Counted from the first letter of the whole stretch, positions 1-13,016 are shown. The stretch: DNA of 63,900 nt, filler included, from Octopus bimaculoides (GCF_001194135.2; 7 parts of 7 records of this genome joined end to end with filler, not necessarily neighbours in it); one strand, 5' to 3'. Notes: generated by a model not told the origin, from the sequence alone. A program made the numbers and translations.

Positions 1-479
1 TTCATTATGAGGTTTTTTCACGCTGACTACTTGATAAATTCTTATAAAGAATTTATCCTATATTATATTATATATATATATATATATAGGAGATTGGAAA
101 TCTTTTAGTTATTTATTCGCCATTGCCCGAGTTTCATATGCTAATAGGAGATGCAAAATTGTAGATTTGGTAGAAAACATATAAGAAATTTCTTCTTAGA
201 AATTCTTCAGACAAAGAATCAAATAATATTATTTTTCTACATCTATAATTTCGTAACACTTATTAGCAAATGAAACACGTGTAATGGTGAATTTAAAAAA
301 AAAACAGAAACTTACCAATCTTCCGATTTGATATTATTACTCACAAAACGTCTGTCTCGTTATTTTGAACTCTTATGCATGCCGCTTGTAAATATAGCAT
401 CTATATAGAGATTTGGAATACTGAAATAAGGAGATATGCTTCAAAAGGACACTGCTTAGATTTTAACTCTGTCTACAAA

Positions 480-499
480 AGATAGATAGATAGACAGAC

Positions 500-568
<69 letters not shown>
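480..568. repeat. (GATA)n microsatellite
   Basis: Direct tandem gata units with a short gaca interruption. Confidence 0.95.
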
Positions 569-569
<1 letters not shown>

Positions 570-1822
570 GAGAAATTATGATAAACACAATTAACCAAAA
601 CTGATCGTCAGGGGAACACTTTATTGTATTATGTTACAGAGATCAAATATCTGAAGCTGAACAGATGGCGAGACATTTTTTATTTGTTTATTTGTCTGTT
701 GAGTAAAACCCAGCAAGTGTAAGGTCATGACCAACTCATACCATTATATTCTTGTATATTTGTGTTTATATTTATTTTTCCAATATCCATCCGTCTGTTT
801 CAATGAATGTATTAAAAGACTGACCATTACAAAACACTCCCTTTTTTCATTGTCTCTGTCGTCCTACTCCCTCCCCCCGCTCTCTTTTATTTTACATATT
901 TCCTTTTCATTTCTCTCTATCGCTTTGCTTTTTTTTATATATCTCATTATCTCTATGATATATTTATTTATTTTTCACTTATATACATTACTTTTTTAGT
1001 TTTTTCCTTTCTTTTTTAATGACAATCGTAATTTTTTCATTCTTTTTCTCTTTTCCTCTTTCCCTTTCCCTAGTTTTCCCTCTCACTCTATTTGCTTTTT
1101 TTTTATCTAATTCGCTCTCATAATACTTATATAGTGTCTTGCCATCTACCCAACTCCAAACATTTGAACTCTGTAACATAATGTAATGAAGTGCTCCCCT
1201 GACGATACCCTCTGGTTAAGCATCCAATTGCACATTGAACATTCAATGCAGAGGTTTCAAGCAACAAGAATTGTCAAACGCGCCGAGGGAACAAATAATA
1301 TAAACTTGCTTCTATCGCAATTTCTTTATTATGTATATGAATGCGGTTACAGCATAAATGACGGTGCACCCGAAACAGCTGTCAAGATCAGACTATTACA
1401 TAACTCCTTTCATTTCATGTAAGCATACGCATTAATCCTACGTGTGCTTACCTGCTTTTTCTCTTCCATACCAGCATGATGAGGATTGTTCTTATAGCTA
1501 ACTTTCCATGCCTGGAGCACCGTCCTGGAAGAAGCGAGATTTAAACTCTCTTCTATCCGATAACTATTTCAACGATATCCATACTACGCATGCTTCCCTT
1601 CTTCTACACATTACATAGATATATACATAGATGTATATATATATATATATATATNNNNNNNNNNNNNNNNNNNNNNNNNNNNNNNNNNNNNNNNNNNNNN
1701 NNNNNNNNNNNNNNNNNNNNNNNNNNNNNNNNNNNNNNNNNNNNNNNNNNNNNNNNNNNNNNNNNNNNNNNNNNNNNNNNNNNNNNNNNNNNNNNNNNNN
1801 NNNNNNNNNNNNNNNNNNNNNN

Positions 1823-1887
<65 letters not shown>
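1823..1887. repeat. (TG)n microsatellite abutting an assembly gap
   Basis: Direct sequence. Confidence 0.95.
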
Positions 1888-1888
<1 letters not shown>

Positions 1889-2130
1889 GTTAAACAGGTA
1901 GGTTATAAAAGTAGGTTACTTGATAACTATAATCAGATAATTCATAGAAAACTTAAATTTGTCTTCGGGAAATATTTCCTTATGATAACATTCCAGATTA
2001 TTGACATTTATTAGTGAAAAACCTACCCAAAATAAGAGGCTTATTTCGATGTTTATCATCATCATCATCATCGCCATCAGCATCATTATTCTTAACATCA
2101 ACTTGACAATCATATTTCTACTTTTACTAA

Positions 2131-2134
<4 letters not shown>

Positions 2135-2165
<31 letters not shown>

Positions 2166-2395
2166 CTTCTTCTTCTTCTTCTTCTTCTTCTTCTTCTTCT
2201 TCTTCTTCTTCTTCTTCTTTGTCTCTTATTGTCTTCATCATCATAATCATCATCATCCTCATCACCGTCGTCGTCGTCTTCGTCGTCATCATCATCATCC
2301 TTATAATCCTCATCATTCTCATAATCCTCATCATCACCATCACCATCATCATCATCATCATCATTATCATCATCATCATCATCATTGCATCATGA
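2135..2395. repeat. Compound (CTT)n / (ATC)n microsatellite
   Basis: Direct sequence. It explains the poly-L, poly-E and poly-M ORFs here. Confidence 0.95.
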
Positions 2396-2399
2396 ATAA

Positions 2400-3580
2400 T
2401 CTCAGCTTTATTTTGCTGTGTGCGTTAGAATCTTTCACTTGTCCACAGTCAGCACACTGAAGTGACACTTGTTTAGTGACCATGCTTCAAGACTCCTATG
2501 GACCACACTTACAGTTCCAAGCAATGAGGATATTTTGTACGTGTTTACATTCGTTCTAATCTTTTTGAGCCGTACTGGTAGTTGACTGCTGATACTTCCC
2601 AGTGCACCAGTCACTATTCGTATCACGTCTGCTTTCTTCCATTGCCGACAACCTGCGTATTTCCCACTCTAATTCGTCACAGCTGTGCAGTTTTATCTTT
2701 TTTCTCTTCGATCCTGCTGTCACCGGACATGCTATGTAAATTATCACGTATTTTGTTTCTGTACACTACAGTAATGTCAGGTTTCCGATGTTTAAGCTGA
2801 TGGTCACACTAAAGCATTGCATACAACAGGGTTTTGTAATCCAACCCTCATTTTCAGTAACTCTTGGGATTTGCTCTTTGTAGGCCGTGATTTTCTCCGA
2901 CCTCCCAATAGATCATTCTTTCCACATTGTCATGCCGTCTCTTGTATTCGCATCGTGCCAGTTTCGGGCATTCACTAACAATGTGCCATAATGTTTTACC
3001 CTTCTCACCACACATTCTGCATTTGTCACTCTCAGTTGCGTTGCCCATTCTGCACTTCATATAGTTCGTCCTTAACGCTTGTACATGTACCGTACATACA
3101 AGAGCTTTTTTCTCTATGTTCAAGTCCCTTCTCCGCACCCATAACTACCGGCCTTCTGCATCTGTTTTAAGCATGTTTCTCTTGCAAAATGACCGTGCAT
3201 TTTTTTTTCCTTTCCATGCCATCTCTTTTTTCGTGTTTTTCCCCCCCTTTAAATTTATTTTTCTCAACAAAATTATCAGTTTTGACATTTCTACACTTGT
3301 TCACATACATCAACAATTGTTCCACAACATTCTTACATACCACCCTCAACTATTGTCCTCTGTTGATTCCACATAATCCTGTCAACTCATCAAACATCTC
3401 CCTCCCTTTCTTCAGACTAAGTATAACTGACCGGTGCCACTCTTGGAATCGAATGCTCTGTTTACTACAAATAATTTCCTTGTCTTCGTGTCCATATTCA
3501 GTTTTTCTTCTGCCAGGTTATAATTCCAGTTTCATCCGTAACTGATGCTATCACCCTTGTTTTTATTGCTTCGATTTCAT
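2400..3580 (-). mobile_element. Degraded 3' part of an R4/Dong-type (restriction-like endonuclease) non-LTR retrotransposon
   Basis: Broken minus-strand frames give MDTKTRKL..., QALRTNYMKCR...DKCRMCGEKGKTLWHIVSECPKLARCEYKRRHDNV (CCHC knuckle), IIYIACP...LEWEIRRL and IVTGALGSIS...SSLLGT. These are typical of the RT C-terminus, zinc knuckle and REL domain. Many stops and frameshifts. Confidence 0.85.
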
Positions 3581-3687
3581 TCCATTCGGTCAATTTTAAG
3601 CCAAATAGATGCTGGGGAACAAATATACGAAGCCCAATATACCAATCATGACTACACTTCTGATAAGGGTATTACTATTGTTATTAA

Positions 3688-4035
<348 letters not shown>

Positions 4036-4039
4036 AAAG

Positions 4040-4250
4040 CTGGGAGCTCGAAGTATTCTCAGAATGTCGGAGAAAATGCTTAACAACATTTCTTCGAGTT
4101 TTTTACTTTCAGATTTCAAATTCCGCTGAGGTCGACTTCGACTTTGCCTTTCGCCTGTCTGGATCGATAAAATAAGTACCAGTTGAGCTCTGGGGTTGAT
4201 GTAATCGACTTACCCACTTCTGCGAAATTGTTGGCCTTGTGCCTATTATC
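4040..4250 (+). mobile_element. SINE family B, diverged copy
   Basis: Contains TTCAAATTCCGCTGAGGTCGAC...GACTTTGCCTTTC...GATAAAATAAGTACCAG. Confidence 0.75.
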
Positions 4251-4328
4251 ATTGATGTTGTTGTTATTATTATTATCTTAAGTTTTGTTGGTAGTGATGA
4301 TTATCATGATGAGGATGTTCTTGTAATC

Positions 4329-4360
<32 letters not shown>

Positions 4361-5143
4361 CATCATCATCTTCATCTTCATCATCATCTTCATCATCATC
4401 TTCATCAGCATCTTCATCAGCACCTTCATCCTCATCAACGTCAGCATCATCATCTTAATTATTAAACCTTTTTTTTTTTTACATCTTTACCGTTACCGAA
4501 TTTTGAACGAAAAAACGAAACTTTAAAATACCTTTCATCTCTTTACATATATATTTTCTGTACGGTTACCCATTCTCTTGCCGCTCAAAAGCTCTCTTTT
4601 GTCTTAAAGCTTATAAAGTAATTTAGATACTTCAAAACGATTTTTCGAAGTCGTTTTTAAATGATTACTTGATATTATATGAAGTTTATGAGGTGAACAC
4701 TTTGGCATCTTTTCAACAACTTGTCACGAGCATTAGACAGTTCATCCTAACAAGATATTTCGTAATAGCTATCTATATCTCTTTAAACCTACAAATAGGT
4801 TATCGTATTTCATTTCCCTTTCAAAATCTTCAACAATTCTCTGATACGTAGTCTATAGTTTTTACAACCACTAAGACTAGCAAGCCAGAATATTTCTCGC
4901 TGTTTCAGTCCCGACTGTGAAATTTTTCTTACAATATTAGCGTCTAAATAAAGATAACATTATTTCGAAGAATGTTGTAGTTTGCTTGAATATTTGTAAT
5001 AAAGAAGTTGAATATTGAGTGAATGCAGAATGGTGAAAGCTGCTAACAATGCAGAATTTTTTTAAATACTATATTTCAAACGCAATAGGCTATCATGAGA
5101 AGAATGCAGCCAAAAGAAATGTCTCTGCGCACATCCTGGCTTC

Positions 5144-5354
5144 TTAATTCTGCCTTCGCTAAGGCGAAGGTATTGTTTTCAGTCGTGCTTGTTTTTTGTT
5201 TGTTTGTCGGTGGACAAGATATCTCAAGAACCGCTGGATGGGTGCGGATGAAACTTTCAGGAATGCTTGAACTCGTGACTGGCACGAACTAAATGAGATT
5301 TTAGGGTCGATCCGGTACCAGACAAGGATTTTGGATTATTTTCCTCCTTTTTTT
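5144..5354 (+). mobile_element. Helentron-associated (HINE/DINE-like) non-autonomous element end
   Basis: Subterminal hairpin CCTTCGC-TAAG-GCGAAGG (5153-5170), then GTATTGTTTTCAGTCG, a TTTG microsatellite and GATATCTCAAGAACCGCTGGATGG...ATGAAACTTTCAGG. This layout resembles HINE 5' ends. Truncated by a gap. Confidence 0.55.
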
Positions 5355-5454
5355 NNNNNNNNNNNNNNNNNNNNNNNNNNNNNNNNNNNNNNNNNNNNTT
5401 AATTAATTAANNNNNNNNNNNNNNNNNNNNNNNNNNNNNNNNNNNNNNNNNNNN
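5355..5454. other. Artificial 100-bp scaffold spacer (44 N + TTAATTAATTAA + 44 N)
   Basis: The identical spacer also occurs at 11168-11267, 13802-13901, 29572-29671, 55836-55935 and 59245-59344. TTAATTAATTAA places stops in all six frames. Confidence 0.95.
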
Positions 5455-5543
5455 TATATATGTATATATATATATGATTGTATACATATATATATAATGA
5501 TATATATATTTATATATAAATATATATGTATACATATATGATT

Positions 5544-5842
5544 AACCACATGATTATGGGTTCAGTCCCACTGTGTGACACCTTGGGCAAGTGTTTTCTA
5601 CTATAGCCTTGGCCTGACCAAAGCCTTGTGAGTGGATTTGGTAGACGGAAACTGAAAGAAGTCCGTCGTATGTATGAATATATATATATATGTGTGTGTA
5701 TATGTTTGTATGTCTGTCTTTATCCCCCCCACCATCCCTTGACAACCAATGCTGGTGTATTTACATCCCCGCAACTTAGTGGTTCGGCAAAAGAAATAGA
5801 TAGAATAAGTACTAGGCTTACAAAGAATAAGTCCTGGGGTCA
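5544..5842 (+). mobile_element. Bipartite SINE, family A (tRNA/CORE-like head + (TA)n(TG)n + 3' module)
   Basis: GGGTTCAGTCCC B-box-like motif, CACCTTGGGCAAGTG CORE-like motif, internal microsatellite, then GACAACCAATGCTGGTG...AATAAGTACTAGGCTTAC...GGGGTC. Confidence 0.85.
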
Positions 5843-5859
5843 GAAGACTTTTGCTGGTG

Positions 5860-7892
5860 TGACATGAAAATTGACAAAACCAGGAACTTCCAAGACCTCA
5901 GGTTTTATTTCGGAAATTTCATTCTCCAAGGTAGATTACCAACCAGGGTTAAAGAGCTTCTGCCTGCCCATGAGGTAAGCTATTCCATTCCAGACACCAA
6001 ACCGACACTCAAGCAATCTATAAAGTGATCAAATATCATTCTGGTGACCGATGCAGAGTAGCTCATTCATACATAGAAAAAAAAGGGCCTGTTTTAGGTC
6101 AACATGGGATTGGAAAATGTAATAAAAATGGAGTGGCCCTTTTGACGTTTTGTACTGAGAATAATCTGGTTGCCACCAACACTCTATCTAAGCAGAAAAA
6201 TAAATATAAAACCTCCCGGATGCACCCAAGATCTAAGCACTGGCATATCATAGATTATTTTCTGATCAGAAAACATGATATGAAAGATGTTTCTAGCATT
6301 TGGGCCATGTGAGGGGCAGAGAGCTGGACTGACCATCATCTAGTGCGTGGAAAAATAGATTTTTTGATAATGCCTAAAATTGACAGTCTGGTCCCATGGT
6401 ACTCAAAAAGTAAAATGTTGCAAACTTTAAATTATCAAGCAACTTGCAGAGATTCCACGATGCTATAGAAAGTATCAATCTTGACCCAAACAATCCATGG
6501 GAAGATTTCAAAACAAAAGTATTTCAGGCTGCAAGTTCATCAGTGGGATTTGAATCACATAAGTCCAGTGACTGGTTCTCAGGTAGATCAGCAGAAATTC
6601 ATGATCTACTTTTAGAAAAACAAAACTTAGGCAATACACTTCTTTCTCAGTCCTTGAACTCAAACGAAGCTTACAGAAAGCTGAAAGGCAAAGTACAGAC
6701 TGCTCTAAAGAAAATTAAACAGGAATGATAGAGCAAAAGGGGCACAAGAAGCAGCTGATAGAAATGATGCCAAGGCTTTGTACTCTTATGTTAAGGAGGT
6801 ATATGGCCCAAAATCTTCAATAGCTCCAGCGAGAACAGCAAATGGATGTACAGATCCTTTTAGCTAGATTGAATGGGATACTCTATTCATAAGTGCTGGG
6901 TAGAACATTTTCCTGCACTTTTGAATAGATCAACATCCGCTGACATGAGGACGATAGAAAAAAATCGAACACCTTCCAGTTATAGAAAAGATGGCATTTG
7001 AACCAACTCTAAATGACATTTATTTAGCTGTGAATAAGCTGAATAACAATAAGTCTCCAGGGTCTGATGGAATCTGTGCAAAAGTCTTGAAATATGGGGG
7101 TGACAAAATGTTTGAACTCGTAAATATACTAATATATTAAACTGTTGGAGAACTGAGAAAGTGCCTCAAGATTGGATTGATGCCATTTTGGTCTCCTTGT
7201 ATAAATCAGGGCCAAAGGATGTGTGGTAATTTTTGTGGGATTTAGCTTTTGTCTGTGGTTGGAAAGGTACTTGCCTGCATTTTGTTAGAATTTTTAAATA
7301 CCGTTATAGTTCCAAATATAGTGTTTGAGTCTCAGTGTGGATTTCATTCCTCCAGGGGCACAGCTGATTGTATCTTTACTGTTAGACAATTACAAGAAAA
7401 GTGCATTGAACAGAATCTTCCTCTATACCATTGCTTTGTTGATTTGAGCAAAACATTCAATACTGTTAATTGAAATGCTCTATGGCTAATTTGTAAACCT
7501 GATCAGGGCTTTGCATCAAGATATGAATGCTAGAGTTAACTTTGGTGGTAGGCTCTCTGAATTTTTTGCCGTGGAAAATGAAGTAAAGCAAGGAGACCTT
7601 GATGCACCCACCCTCTTTGCAATATACTTTGCTGTTGTATTGTCACATGCTTTTCAAAACTCTGAGGAGGGTATTTACATAAAATGTCAAACAACAGGGA
7701 ATGATTTTAATCTGATCAGACTGAAATTCAAAACAAAGGTTTTTACTTCACTCATTAGGGAACTCTTATACACTGACAATTGCGATCTAGTCAGTCATTC
7801 TGAAACAGGTCTGCATTCTCTTGTATCTGCATTTGACTCGGCTTGTGATGATTTTGGCTTGACCATCAACTTGAAAAAAACAGTTGTAATGC
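5860..7892 (+). mobile_element. Degraded RTE (BovB-like) LINE: APE endonuclease plus reverse transcriptase fragments
   Basis: ORF pieces HGIGKCNKNGVALLTFCTENNLVATNT...HPRSKHWHIIDYFLIRK (APE), ESQCGFHSSRGTADCIFTVRQLQEKCIEQNLPLYHCFVDLSKTFNTV and VKQGD..APTLFAIY...LLYTDNCDL (RT, YADD decayed to YTDN). Confidence 0.92.
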
Positions 7893-9668
7893 ATCTGGGG
7901 TTGTGGGTTGATATGTATTGGAGTGATTTAAAGTGAGGTGTGGTGTTTTGTTTTGTTGCCCATAGTGTGTTTGTGTCCAATTTCTTGGCATGCTCAATTC
8001 CATGGTCTATAAGTATGGGTGGGTATTGACATTCAATGAGTGTTATTTTGAGGTCTTGCAGGCGAAGTTCCCAAGTGGTTTTGTCAGATACAATTGTACA
8101 GATCCTTTGAGCTAGATTGAATGGGATACTTATTTTGGATGGCATGAACTGAAAAGGAGATACTGTTTTAAGTCTGTTGGTTTGAAGTAGATGTCGGTTG
8201 TAATTTGGTTGTTGGATTTTTTTATAATCAAAATGTCCAGAAATGGAAGCTGGTCCTTGCTATATTCCATTGTAAATTGAATATTGGAGTTTATTATATT
8301 GTTCAGTGTGGATTTGAAATCCAGGAGTTTGTCATAGGTTTGGTTCATTCCAGATGATAAAACAATCATCTAGGTACCTTTTCCAGTTTTCTCTTATATA
8401 CTGGTGGAACGGAGGTCCAAATTTTTGCTGCGAAAGTTCATATAGGGTAGATTCAAAGAAACCCATTATTAGGTTTGCAAAGACAGGCGCTGCTTTTGTT
8501 TCCATCACAATACTGCATTTTTGGTGGTAGTATGTTGCATCGAATAGGAAGTAATTGTTTTGTAGGATGAACTTCAGGGATTCAATGAAAAATGTCTGAT
8601 TTATGTGATCAGGGAGAACTTTGGGTTATTTTTCTAACCAGAATTTTATTGCCTCTATTCCATAGTCATGTAGAATGTTAGTGTAGAGTTTGATGACATT
8701 GAAAGAGACTAATAGTGCTTCTTTGTTGGTGACTTTTGGTAGATGCTCTAATATGTCCAGATCATCTTTAATGAAACTTTTAATGTATCTGAGGAAAGGT
8801 TTCAATAGTATGTGCAGAAAGCTGCTTAGGCAGTGTGTTTCACAAGCTAGGCCCACTATAATAGGCCTTAATTTTAAGTCTTCTGGTGTTGAGATTTGCA
8901 GGCATTAGTAATTATTTGACCCCTGTGCATTTTGGGGAGGCCATAGAAAAGGCTTGGTTTGCATTTAAAGTTTGTGATATAGTTTTTTTCTTTTTCTGTG
9001 AGGCCTTTTCCATGTTTGAGTATTAAAGATGCAAGATCTTTTAATGTTTTTTACTGCCTGTAATTTGCAACTTTTTCATAAAAGGAGTCATTTTCTAGTG
9101 TGGGCAATGCTAGGTTTTTCTAGTGTTCTGTATCCATCAGGATTACAGCACTACCTTTATCTGCTTCTTTGATTGTCAGGTCTTTGTTGTTTTTTAGCTA
9201 TAGGAGGTGCCTCCATTGTAGGTTGTTGAAGTTAGGTACAATTTTTGGTTTATAGATAGTGTAGGGAAAATTCTGTATACGGTTGCAGAAGTCGTCTAAT
9301 GTTTTATTCCTTCCTTTGGGTGGTAGATAATTACTTTTGTTTTTCACTAGTGATTCGTCATCATTGTTGTAGTTTGTTAGTGCTTCTGTCAATATTATCT
9401 TTTATTTCATTGGAGTTGGATCTATGTGGGGTAGGTGTAAATTTTAAACCTTTAGCTAAAATATGGATTTTTGTTGTGGAGAGAGTTTCCTTAGATAAAT
9501 TGATTATTTTGGGACACACTTGGAACATAACTTACGGGAGAAACCCTAACCCTTATAGACGCGAAACCCAAACCACATAAACTGGCCAATCCCATAATAA
9601 TATCAACTGCTCTTCATCTTAAAGTATTCTTCTTCTCTGGATTTATGGTTTTCTACAAATGTTCCATT

Positions 9669-9670
<2 letters not shown>
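7893..9670 (-). mobile_element. Degraded Penelope-like element: N-terminal domain, RT and thumb; GIY-YIG end missing
   Basis: Minus-strand pieces KIINLSKETLSTTKIHILAKGLKFTPTP, SNYLPPKGRNKTLDDF, LSSFLHILLKPFL..LVSFNVIKLYTNI, IQFTMEYSKDQLPFLDILI..TDIYFKPTDLKQYLLFSSCHP, IPFNLAQRICTIVS..QYISTHNP. Confidence 0.9.
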
Positions 9671-9701
<31 letters not shown>

Positions 9702-10280
9702 NNNNNNNNNNNNNNNNNNNNNNNNNNNNNNNNNNNNNNNNNNNNNNNNNNNNNNNNNNNNNNNNNNNNNNNNNNNNNNNNNNNNNNNNNNNNNNNNNNN
9801 NNNNNNNNNNNNNNNNNNNNNNNNNNNNNNNNNNNNNNNNNNNNNNNNNNNNNNNNNNNNNNNNNNNNNNNNNNNNNNNNNNNNNNNNNNNNNNNNNNNN
9901 NNNNNNNNNNNNNNNNNNNNNNNNNNNNNNNNNNNNNNNNNNNNNNNNNNNNNNNNNNNNNNNNNNNNNNNNNNNNNNNNNNNNNNNNNNNNNNNNNNNN
10001 NNNNNNNNNNNNNNNNNNNNNNNNNNNNNNNNNNNNNNNNNNNNNNNNNNNNNNNNNNNNNNNNNNNNNNNNNNNNNNNNNNNNNNNNNNNNNNNNNNNN
10101 NNNNNNNNNNNNTATATATGAATGTACAAATAGCTTGTTCATTTATATAAAACAGATGTTTTTTGAGGATTTTGTTTAGTAGAGAATAGTTTTTATTTTT
10201 TTGGGGTGATGTTCCATGACAATGGAGATGGATAGATAGAAATATAGGTAGGTAGATAGGTTGATATATGGATAGATGGG

Positions 10281-10312
<32 letters not shown>

Positions 10313-10494
10313 TAGATAGTCAGATACATAGACAGAGAGGTTGAAGGAGGGAGAGAGAGAAGGGATACCCCCCTTCCTATTCACCATTCATTCATTCATT
10401 TATTTATTTAGTAATTTACCATTGTAATGAAATTCGTTTAAGGATAAAAAAAAAAACAGGTTCGGTTTGGTCATCACTGAAGGTCATTTTGCTT

Positions 10495-10705
10495 ACTTTC
10501 TCTCTTTCTCTTTTTTCCTTCTTTTTCTCTCTTTCTTTCTTTTTCTTCTCTTTGAGTAATATTTAGAATACAAAATGTACTGTCACCCCTTCCAAACATT
10601 CATTTTTGGAAGGGGTGACAGTACATTTTATATTCTAAATAAAACTCAAAGAGGAGAAAAAGAAAGAGGGGAAAAAGGAAAAAAGTGGAAGAGAGAAAGA
10701 AAGCA
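10495..10705. repeat. Long palindrome / foldback (near-perfect 36-bp inner stem, 8-nt loop, CT/GA-rich outer arms)
   Basis: 10561-10596 is the reverse complement of 10605-10640 with one mismatch. The pyrimidine tract to the left mirrors the purine tract to the right. Confidence 0.9.
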
Positions 10706-11130
10706 TACATACACACACACACACACACACATACATATATATGTAGCATGGAGAATGTAACTTGGAAGTTGTCTCTTAAAAACAGATTTAGCCACAAATC
10801 ATATATGATTTTATAGTCAGCGTACATAATACACTCTGTACTCATTAGTGCAGACATAATCAGAATATATAAAAATGAACAAGTGTACATACCAGGTGAA
10901 CACCAAATGTATCCAACATAACATATACAAATGCTCACACTTATATATTCACATAAAAGGCGGGCTTCTAAAATTACATCTCAGTCCGTATAATTGGAAT
11001 AATTCAGCACTGAATCTACTTCGGTTTAATTTTAAATTAAATACAAGGATAAAATCTATATAAGAATTTATTAAGTCGCCTGTGTGAAAGACCAAGTAAG
11101 GGAAAAATTTATTCAAAATATATATGTACC

Positions 11131-11167
<37 letters not shown>

Positions 11168-11350
11168 NNNNNNNNNNNNNNNNNNNNNNNNNNNNNNNNN
11201 NNNNNNNNNNNTTAATTAATTAANNNNNNNNNNNNNNNNNNNNNNNNNNNNNNNNNNNNNNNNNNNNTATATATATATATGAGAACAAACACACTGGAAC
11301 ACAGACGCCAGACACACAGACAGATATAACATATGTACATACATGCATAC

Positions 11351-11429
<79 letters not shown>

Positions 11430-11561
11430 TAGATATATATATATACATACATATCTGTGTGTATATCTGTATATATATATATATACATACATTGGTACAT
11501 AAACATAAATACATACATATTTATGTATATCCTTTTTTATAAAAAACTGAAAAAATATATA

Positions 11562-11633
<72 letters not shown>

Positions 11634-11981
11634 TTTATAGATAAACATTTTGTGTGTATGTGTATGAGCGCTTATGCACGTCTGTATACGTAAGTATACA
11701 AGTACACACATGACAATATATACATACACAAACACACATATATGAATATATAAATTTATATGCATATATTCATGTGTATACATACATACATACACACACA
11801 TGCACACACAGACCACACACACACACCACACTCACAGACACATGCGCACATTCATGTTGCATACACATATATTTATATATTAAGTAAGCTATAGACACTC
11901 ATTCTTGTTTACAAGTATTTTCGCGTGTCTAGGTAGATAATACTCGAATAAGAAACTGTATACGCATATAATGTCTGTTTT

Positions 11982-12039
<58 letters not shown>

Positions 12040-13016
12040 TGCAGGTATATATAAATAGAAACGCATGTATGTATATATACATATATTTACATATGTATAT
12101 ATNNNNNNNNNNNNNNNNNNNNNNNNNNNNNNNNNNNNNNNNNNNNNNNNNNNNNNNNNNNNNNNNNNNNNNNNNNNNNNNNNNNNNNNNNNNNNNNNNN
12201 NNNNNNNNNNNNNNNNNNNNNNNNNNNNNNNNNNNNNNNNNNNNNNNNNNNNNNNNNNNNNNNNNNNNNNNNNNNNNNNNNNNNNNNNNNNNNNNNNNNN
12301 NNNNNNNNNNNNNNNNNNNNNNNNNNNNNNNNNNNNNNNNNNNNNNNNNNNNNNNNNNNNNNNNNNNNNNNNNNNNNNNNNNNNNNNNNNNNNNNNNNNN
12401 NNNNNNNNNNNNNNNNNNNNNNNNNNNNNNNNNNNNNNNNNNNNNNNNNNNNNNNNNNNNNNNNNNNNNNNNNNNNNNNNNNNNNNNNNNNNNNNNNNNN
12501 NNNNNNNNNNNNNNNNNNNNNNNNNNNNNNNNNNNNNNNNNNNNNNNNNNNNNNNNNNNNNNNNNNNNNNNNNNNNNNNNNNNNNNNNNNNNNNNNNNNN
12601 NNNNNNNNNNNNNNNNNNNNNNNNNNNNNNNNNNNNNNNNNNNNNNNNNNNNNNNNNNNNNNNNNNNNNNNNNNNNNNNNNNNNNNNNNNNNNNNNNNNN
12701 NNNNNNNNNNNNNNNNNNNNNNNNNNNNNNNNNNNNNNNNNNNNNNNNNNNNNNNNNNNNNNNNNNNNNNNNNNNNNNNNNNNNNNNNNNNNNNNNNNNN
12801 NNNNNNNNNNNNNNNNNNNNNNNNNNNNNNNNNNNNNNNNNNNNNNNNNNNNNNNNNNNNNNNNNNNNNNNNNNNNNNNNNNNNNNNNNNNNNNNNNNNN
12901 NNNNNNNNNNNNNNNNNNNNNNNNNNNNNNNNNNNNNNNNNNNNNNNNNNNNNNNNNNNNNNNNNNNNNNNNNNNNNNNNNNNNNNNNNNNNNNNNNNNN
13001 NNNNNNNNNNNNNNNN

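Noticed and set aside
5095-5292. 65-aa ORF with a hydrophobic stretch resembling a signal or TM peptide
   Set aside because: It overlaps the HINE-like repeat, and the hydrophobicity comes from the TTTG tract.
5355-5454. Recurrent TTAATTAATTAA palindrome at six sites
   Set aside because: Always centred in exactly 44+44 N, so it is an artificial scaffolding linker.
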